Source: Candidatus Levybacteria bacterium RIFCSPHIGHO2_01_FULL_37_17 (GTDB lineage: Bacteria > Patescibacteriota > Microgenomatia > Levybacterales > UBA12049). From it: 64,000 nucleotides of DNA. The translations under genes were made by a program, and so were the position numbers. Positions within the stretch are counted from its first letter, which is position 1, and every line of letters starts with the position of its first letter. The stretch is taken from contig MFNL01000002.1 of the NCBI GenBank assembly GCA_001782035.1, positions 188,865 through 252,864 of the forward strand, read 5' to 3'. The notes below the pieces were generated by a model, which was not told the DNA's origin, ran no database searches, and saw nothing but the letters and a program-made list of their open reading frames with translations. Positions 58,872 through 64,000 of the stretch are shown in pieces.

Positions 58872-60028
58872 AATCCGTTTATAACTGCTGTTTTCTTTTT
58901 ATCAGCAAGCCAGTTTTCGTATGTATTAAAAGCGGAATCATTTGTCGACACTAACTTAATTGCATCCGCTCCGCTTCCATCTGGGGGGTTATTAAGTTTT
59001 ACCTCTCCGGCTTGTTTTAAAGAATAAATTGTATCGTAAAAAGGTTGTCCGATTCCTTTAGTTTGATGAGTATAAGTTTTTGGATCTTCAAACTCAGGCG
59101 AACCTTCCGAATCAAGTTGTATCTGGTATCCATTTACTGCTAATACCCCCCTAAAATTCGGGTTTTTTGAAAGCAGGCTTTTTGCAATAGAAAAAGCAGA
59201 CTCGTCGTTTTCAAGTCTTGTTTTAGCCTCATTTATCATGCTTTTCCCTGTTGATAGTATTTGTATTCTTTCGGCTTTTTCTTCCTCAGTTAACTCTGCC
59301 AAATCAGAAGTCGAAGGCTGCCAAAAGCCTATTGTATAAACCTGCCAGTTTTTTACTTCTTGTTGAGTTACCAAGTCTTTAAGAACCGCATACTCGGCCT
59401 CTTTGAAAGACAGGCTATCAGAATCTATTTTTGCCTGGATTTCTTCTTGAGAAATATTTATATTTTTATCAGTTTTTTCTTTATCTAAAATTTTTCGCTC
59501 AAGCAAAACATCAAGTGCATCCTGCAATGCTTGGCTATCTATCTCGTTTGTTGGATACCATTCCTCGGCGAGGGCTTGAACATCTGCTCTTGTAATATTC
59601 TCCCCGTTATAAACTGCAACAATCTTATCGTCTGTAGGCGCTGCCTGCTGTTGCACTGTTTGTTGCTGCTGGGTTAAATAAATGGTTGTAGGAAGCGCAA
59701 CTAATGCAAGAACAATTAAGGCTCCTATTGCAAGTTTTGTGTTTATTTTTCTACCCGGCTTTTCATTAGGCGGCAGTTGATGCGGAAGAGGGCTATTCAT
59801 TTCCGCAAAAGCAGACTGGTGCACAGCTTGCTGTTGGGCAGAAGAAATTGGACTTTCTTGAGCTACGAAAGGGCTTACAGGAGGAGTTTGAACAACGGGT
59901 GCTTGGGTAGCAGAAGAATCTTGATTATCCGGAAGAGAAGGTACGACTACATGTGACGTAGTTGATGTCTGGTCATTTTTATTAGGGTCCACACTTCCAT
60001 AATAGGCAGTTTTTGCGCTTGCTGTCAA
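58868..60028 (-). CDS. Membrane-anchored SurA-N-like periplasmic chaperone/PPIase-like protein
   Basis: Disordered N-terminus, a TM helix and a SurA N-terminal-like helical region. No clear rotamase signature. Confidence 0.35.
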   Translation of the reverse strand: MTASAKTAYYGSVDPNKNDQTSTTSHVVVPSLPDNQDSSATQAPVVQTPPVSPFVAQESPISSAQQQAVHQSAFAEMNSPLPHQLPPNEKPGRKINTKLAIGALIVLALVALPTTIYLTQQQQTVQQQAAPTDDKIVAVYNGENITRADVQALAEEWYPTNEIDSQALQDALDVLLERKILDKEKTDKNINISQEEIQAKIDSDSLSFKEAEYAVLKDLVTQQEVKNWQVYTIGFWQPSTSDLAELTEEEKAERIQILSTGKSMINEAKTRLENDESAFSIAKSLLSKNPNFRGVLAVNGYQIQLDSEGSPEFEDPKTYTHQTKGIGQPFYDTIYSLKQAGEVKLNNPPDGSGADAIKLVSTNDSAFNTYENWLADKKKTAVINGL

Positions 60029-60038
60029 CTGTAAATTG

Positions 60039-60110
60039 TGGGCACTGATGGAGTCGAACCATCCACCTCTTCTTTATCAGAGAAGCGTTCTACCGCTGAA
60101 CTAAATGCCC
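60039..60110 (-). tRNA. tRNA-Ile (anticodon GAU)
   Basis: Manually folded cloverleaf: 7-bp acceptor stem, GTTC/GAAC D stem, anticodon loop CUGAUAA, T-loop TTCGACT and discriminator A. Confidence 0.75.
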
Positions 60111-60113
60111 TTG

Positions 60114-60185
60114 AGGCGCGGAGGGGAATCGAACCCCTGTATATCTGTTCTGCAAACAGCTGCGTTACCTCTTCGCCACCGCGCC
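60114..60185 (-). tRNA. tRNA-Cys (anticodon GCA)
   Basis: Acceptor GGCGCGG/CCGCGCC, T-arm AGGGG-TTCGATT-CCCCT, anticodon loop UUGCAGA and discriminator U. The D stem and the top anticodon pair are weak. Confidence 0.6.
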
Positions 60186-60226
60186 ACTTGCCTAGAGTAT
60201 AGCAAAAAAAAGGTGTTATTAGAAGA

Positions 60227-60943
60227 TTATCTAACGGGTTTTTGACCAAGGGGCGGAGGTTTTCTAAGCCAAACAGTCCAAATATATCCCGCCAAATAGA
60301 CTTTTAAAGTTTTAAACGGATTTTCTTCCCATCTTCTAAAAGATGTTATAACTTTAAGCTTGTTTGAAAAAACCACTTTTCCCTCTCTTTTTATCCTAAT
60401 TCCTAAATCTACATCCGGGCTCATTGTAAAACGCTCATCAATTCCACCTATTTTTTCCAAGGCGGACCTTCTTACGATTAGATTAAACCCTGTTAAGTGA
60501 GGCTTCCCTATTAAATAATTAAAGTGTAAAAACAGTTCATAAAAAAATTCCGAAAGCCTATTAAAAACTTTGCTTCTGGTTAAAATATCCGCAGTTCCTG
60601 TAGCAGCAACAACTCTTTCATCCTGAAAAAGTTTGTCAATTTCGTTTAGCCAAGTTCTGTCAACTATCGTATCTGCGTCCGTCATTGCAATTATTTCCCC
60701 CTTTGCAGCTTTCATTCCGGCTGATACAGCGAAGGTATTTCCTTGTTTTTGCTCCTTAATTACTCGCGCTCCATAGCCTTTGGCAATTTCTGCAGTTTTG
60801 TCTGTAGAGTTATTGTCTACAACTATCAATTCATATTTACTTTCCGCGAAATCGGAGGACCTAATTGAATCAAGGCAAAGTGGCAAATCTTTTTCTTCGT
60901 TATATGCCGCAACCAAAACTGAAATTCTAGGTTTTTCGTCCAT
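60227..60943 (-). CDS. Family 2 glycosyltransferase
   Basis: ISVLVAAYNEE...DNNSTD GT2 N-terminal motifs. Confidence 0.8.
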   Translation of the reverse strand: MDEKPRISVLVAAYNEEKDLPLCLDSIRSSDFAESKYELIVVDNNSTDKTAEIAKGYGARVIKEQKQGNTFAVSAGMKAAKGEIIAMTDADTIVDRTWLNEIDKLFQDERVVAATGTADILTRSKVFNRLSEFFYELFLHFNYLIGKPHLTGFNLIVRRSALEKIGGIDERFTMSPDVDLGIRIKREGKVVFSNKLKVITSFRRWEENPFKTLKVYLAGYIWTVWLRKPPPLGQKPVR

Positions 60944-61370
60944 ACTCTAATTTTTTTCCGGACTCTAATATGTATAGTAACATTTCTTTAACTCTTTTTT
61001 CTAAGAATCTCCCAAATATAAAATCGAACAGTTTATTTTGAAAATCAAACTCAATGGTTAAATTTAAAGTTCTAATTGAGCCTGAATTTTCTATTTTTAC
61101 ACTTTGTTTCATGTATCCAGTTATTGGCATTTTTACATAAAAACCCAAGGTTTTTTCCTTTTCATAAACATCCACTTTGTGAGTAACTTTTAAAGGAATA
61201 TATGCAATAGTTGTTATGTCGGAAAATTGAGAGCGTAAAGAAAGCGGTTTATCAAAGCCTACTTTTTGCACGAATTTAATGTATTTTGGGTACATGTTTA
61301 AGTCAGTAATTAAGCTCCAAATTTGAGCAGAAGTCAAAGAAATACTACCCTTAACAATGACCTTTCTCAT
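60927..61370 (-). CDS. Hypothetical protein (possible SRPBCC-like fold)
   Basis: An ORF sitting between the two glycosyltransferases. Confidence 0.25.
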   Translation of the reverse strand: MRKVIVKGSISLTSAQIWSLITDLNMYPKYIKFVQKVGFDKPLSLRSQFSDITTIAYIPLKVTHKVDVYEKEKTLGFYVKMPITGYMKQSVKIENSGSIRTLNLTIEFDFQNKLFDFIFGRFLEKRVKEMLLYILESGKKLEYGRKT

Positions 61371-62557
61371 AAAGAAAGCGTTCTTGAAAGTCTTTTGAAA
61401 AAAGTGTCTCTTTTTTTATAGTTTTCAATTGTTTCTTTATAAAAAGTGATTAATTCTTCCGTCCATTTTTTTGGATCAAAATTAATTTTTGCAACTTCTA
61501 TTGATTTTTTCGCAAAACTTGCTCTCAAATCTTTATTAGTTAGAAGCTCGTCTAATTTTTGCGCAAAAATACCTGTGTCAAAAGGAACAACAAAGGCATT
61601 TACGCCGTTTTCTGCCATTCCCTTATATGCAGCATCGTTTGTTACAACCAAGGGAAGTCCACTCGCTGCAGCCTCCAAGACCACAACCCCCTGTGTTTCC
61701 GTTTTGGACGCAAATACAAATATGTTTGCATCTTTATAAACATATGGCATTTCTTCATAGGTAAAGGCACCTGCAAAATAAACTCTGTTTATAATATGAT
61801 ATTTTACTGCAAGTGCGTTTAGTTCTTTTTGTCTGGGTCCCCTTCCAGCAAAAACCAATACCGCTTTTTTATCTTTTAATTTAGAAAAAGCTTCTACAAT
61901 AAATTCAAAATTCTTCGCCTTATCCAGTCTACCTACGGATAGAACGATTGGCCTATTTTTATCAATCTTGAATCGCTTTCTTAAAATAGCCTCATTTTTA
62001 ACATTAAATTCACTAAAGTCTATAAAGTTTGGAATCACTTTAATAGGTCTTTTTACTCCATAATCTAAAAGCTCTTTTTTCATCTTCTCTGAGGGCGTGG
62101 TTGTTGCATCGCAAATGTTTCCAAAAGTTTTTAAAAAAAGTTCGGCCATTTTGGGCTTAATCAATTTTCCATTCATGATAAAATGGGTATATTCTTTGTG
62201 CATTGTATGGAAGGTTAAAATATATGGAATCCTTTTAAGCCTTGCTGTTGCAAGACCAAGTCCGGAGAATGCACCATTTCCATGTGCATGAATAATGTCA
62301 AATTTTAAGTCCTTTATAGTATTTAAATTTTCGGCAGATAGATATTTTGGCATAAAAATATCGGGTTCTCCATTTAGTGCTTTAAAGGAAGGAATTCTGT
62401 ATATAAATTTATCGATATCTTTATATCCTTTTATAAGAGGTGCAAATATGTATACTTGGTGTCCTTTTTTTCGAAGTTGCTCGACAAGCTGTTCAACAGA
62501 TACTACTACCCCATTGTACTGCGGATAATAAGTGTCCACAAAAAACCCAATTTTCAT
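61367..62557 (-). CDS. Family 4 (GT-B) glycosyltransferase
   Basis: GT4 C-terminal motifs (GRLDKAKN, EAAASGLP). Confidence 0.8.
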   Translation of the reverse strand: MKIGFFVDTYYPQYNGVVVSVEQLVEQLRKKGHQVYIFAPLIKGYKDIDKFIYRIPSFKALNGEPDIFMPKYLSAENLNTIKDLKFDIIHAHGNGAFSGLGLATARLKRIPYILTFHTMHKEYTHFIMNGKLIKPKMAELFLKTFGNICDATTTPSEKMKKELLDYGVKRPIKVIPNFIDFSEFNVKNEAILRKRFKIDKNRPIVLSVGRLDKAKNFEFIVEAFSKLKDKKAVLVFAGRGPRQKELNALAVKYHIINRVYFAGAFTYEEMPYVYKDANIFVFASKTETQGVVVLEAAASGLPLVVTNDAAYKGMAENGVNAFVVPFDTGIFAQKLDELLTNKDLRASFAKKSIEVAKINFDPKKWTEELITFYKETIENYKKRDTFFKRLSRTLSL

Positions 62558-62584
62558 GATAAATTCTTTCTAATTATAGCAGAA

Positions 62585-63088
62585 TTAAGGAGTTAAATAA
62601 TCTTTTAAAAGACCATCGAAAACTCCCTCGGTGGCTTGATAAGGATTAACCAGATCGTCTACCTTATCGATATAAAGCAGAGTATTGTCGGGGAAGCTAC
62701 ATCCTTTAAAGAAATCTACAAGCGCAGGTATACAATCTGCATTTACGGTCCAAATGCTTACATTTGTGGGTCTTATTAGGCTTCCAGATATTTGAACATT
62801 TGCTAGTACTTCCTCCACAGCTTTACCTTCAGCTTCCCACATATCTGAATGTTTTCCAGCTCCTTCGGTATACACTAATTCATGGCTTATCATTAGTTCT
62901 CCCTTGATAATTCCAGTAGGATGTTCTTGGGTAAGTTTAGGAAGCATATCTTGAAAATATTGGCCTAAATATGGAGAGCTTTCAGTAATATTCTCAACAA
63001 TATAATTCAAGGAAAACATTTCTAGTTGCTCTGGAGTCAACTTTCTTCCGTAACTTCGCCAAGATGGTACAAATCTTTTTCTTTCCAT
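62585..63088 (-). CDS. Hypothetical protein
   Basis: Start taken at MERKRF, because the ORF-track TTG start would translate the upstream shared motif. Confidence 0.3.
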   Translation of the reverse strand: MERKRFVPSWRSYGRKLTPEQLEMFSLNYIVENITESSPYLGQYFQDMLPKLTQEHPTGIIKGELMISHELVYTEGAGKHSDMWEAEGKAVEEVLANVQISGSLIRPTNVSIWTVNADCIPALVDFFKGCSFPDNTLLYIDKVDDLVNPYQATEGVFDGLLKDYLTP

Positions 63089-63101
63089 AAGGGGCAATTC
63101 T

Positions 63102-63125
63102 ATCACTTTGCCACAAAAAAAGCAC
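63102..63125 (-). repeat. Copy 1 of a 24-nt upstream motif (GTGCTTTTTTTGTGGCAAAGTGAT on the minus strand)
   Basis: Lies 13 nt upstream of the 62585..63088 start and contains a TGATAGAAT extended -10. Confidence 0.5.
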
Positions 63126-63131
63126 AATTAT

Positions 63132-63851
63132 TTAGAGGGTTTCTTGTGAATCCCAAATATTTAGCTGGTTTGGCTCTTCCAAACCTTTCAGCAATTTGTA
63201 CCTCTTTGATTTTACTTGGTCTAGCCACTCGTGGGAAAATTGGGCATACTCAGGAGACCAATCATCAAAGTTTATTTCATCTGTCCAATAAGTTGAAACT
63301 GTTTCCGTCAAATCCTCTCCTTCTCCTTGATTTAAAGCATCATATTTTATTCGCCATTTATCTAAAATATCATTCGCCTTTTCGAAAGCTGGCCATGTGT
63401 AATCATTAGCAGGTTTTCCACGAAGCTGGAGTTGATTAAAAAATATTATTCGTGCATCAAAATTTGAGCTAAGCCGCATAGCTATTGCAAGTTCTATTGG
63501 GGTAAATGGTTGAAGTAGACTTATTGCTTTTCGTACTTGATAACTCGGATTGGCCAATGCTGCAACTACCAGTTCTGTTGGCAATCTCTCGCTTTTTCTT
63601 CTTGCTTTTCCTATGTCTTCAAGAGCCATATCTTCGTCTAGCCAATCTACTGGGATTCTTCCTGCAAAAGCTTCAATCCATAGACTATACGGATTATCCG
63701 GATTAAATCTTTCAAAAAGATTTTGCACTACATCTGCAGACTGATTGAGCGTTAATTCTTGAAAATCAGGTTGTGACCTAGGCACTTCTGCTGCTCCCCG
63801 CGGAAACATTTGGGTTTTAATTGAACCGATAACTTCTGCTTTAGATGCCAT
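63132..63851 (-). CDS. Hypothetical protein
   Basis: An ORF with no recognisable motif. Confidence 0.3.
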   Translation of the reverse strand: MASKAEVIGSIKTQMFPRGAAEVPRSQPDFQELTLNQSADVVQNLFERFNPDNPYSLWIEAFAGRIPVDWLDEDMALEDIGKARRKSERLPTELVVAALANPSYQVRKAISLLQPFTPIELAIAMRLSSNFDARIIFFNQLQLRGKPANDYTWPAFEKANDILDKWRIKYDALNQGEGEDLTETVSTYWTDEINFDDWSPEYAQFSHEWLDQVKSKRYKLLKGLEEPNQLNIWDSQETL

Positions 63852-63862
63852 GTCGGGATTTT

Positions 63863-63886
63863 ATCACCTTGCCACAAAAAAAGCAC
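63863..63886 (-). repeat. Copy 2 of the 24-nt upstream motif (GTGCTTTTTTTGTGGCAAGGTGAT)
   Basis: Lies 11 nt upstream of the 63851 start. It is 23/24 identical to copy 1 and contains TGATAAAAT. Confidence 0.5.
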
Positions 63887-63903
63887 CGCTTGGTGCTTTT
63901 TTT
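63875..63903. terminator. Bidirectional intrinsic terminator hairpin
   Basis: Stem GCACC-gctt-GGTGC flanked by an A7 run on one side and a T7 run on the other. It overlaps copy 2 of the motif. Confidence 0.5.
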
Positions 63904-64000
63904 GATATCGGCAAGAATTCTTTCCAATCAGAAAGTGGTAGGAAAAGTGGTGTTGTTTTACAAGCGCCACAATCGCTTGGGTGTCTGTACTATTCCCTCG

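Noticed and set aside
60025-60249. 74-aa minus-strand ORF
   Set aside because: It runs straight through the two tRNA genes, so it is a spurious ORF.

Overview
The window is low-GC and densely packed, mostly with short minus-strand genes. Its content and style look like a reduced Patescibacteria/CPR-type bacterium, though that assignment is my inference. Conserved housekeeping blocks are present: rpsR-ssb-rpsF, dnaX-ybaB-recR, prs, rpsB-tsf-frr, ybeY-rpsU, truncated cysS and proS, murB, htrA, ctp, rseP, greA, gdhA, glgA, a split transketolase, and a compact dTMP module (tmk-dut-nudix-thyA-folA-glyA plus dcd). Two tRNAs (Ile-GAU and Cys-GCA) lie on the minus strand near 60.1 kb. I found no rRNA, CRISPR array, transposase or integrase. 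Several accessory islands stand out. (i) 8.6-10.9 kb holds an ANT(2'')-like nucleotidyltransferase, an AAA_28-type P-loop protein and two orphan genes. (ii) 13.6-16.9 kb holds two paralogous membrane-anchored alpha/beta-hydrolases flanking a divergently transcribed C39-like peptidase/TPR protein. (iii) 42.2-49.4 kb and 57.0-60.0 kb hold cell-surface proteins: cohesin-like and CARDB/FN3-like domains, Pro/Thr-rich linkers, a 1070-aa Cys-rich giant protein, and an LPPTG sorting-signal protein. (iv) 50.2-51.2 kb holds a slightly GC-richer pair of orphan genes. (v) 60.2-62.6 kb holds two glycosyltransferases. Three things not in the ORF track are noted: a 46-aa small membrane ORF with a perfect Shine-Dalgarno and an operator-like palindrome upstream of the aldolase-like gene; a duplicated 24-nt motif upstream of two adjacent orphan genes; and a recurrent leaderless-style promoter layout (extended -10 placed 6-11 nt before the start codon). 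Every functional call rests on motif recognition by eye and should be confirmed by profile searches.
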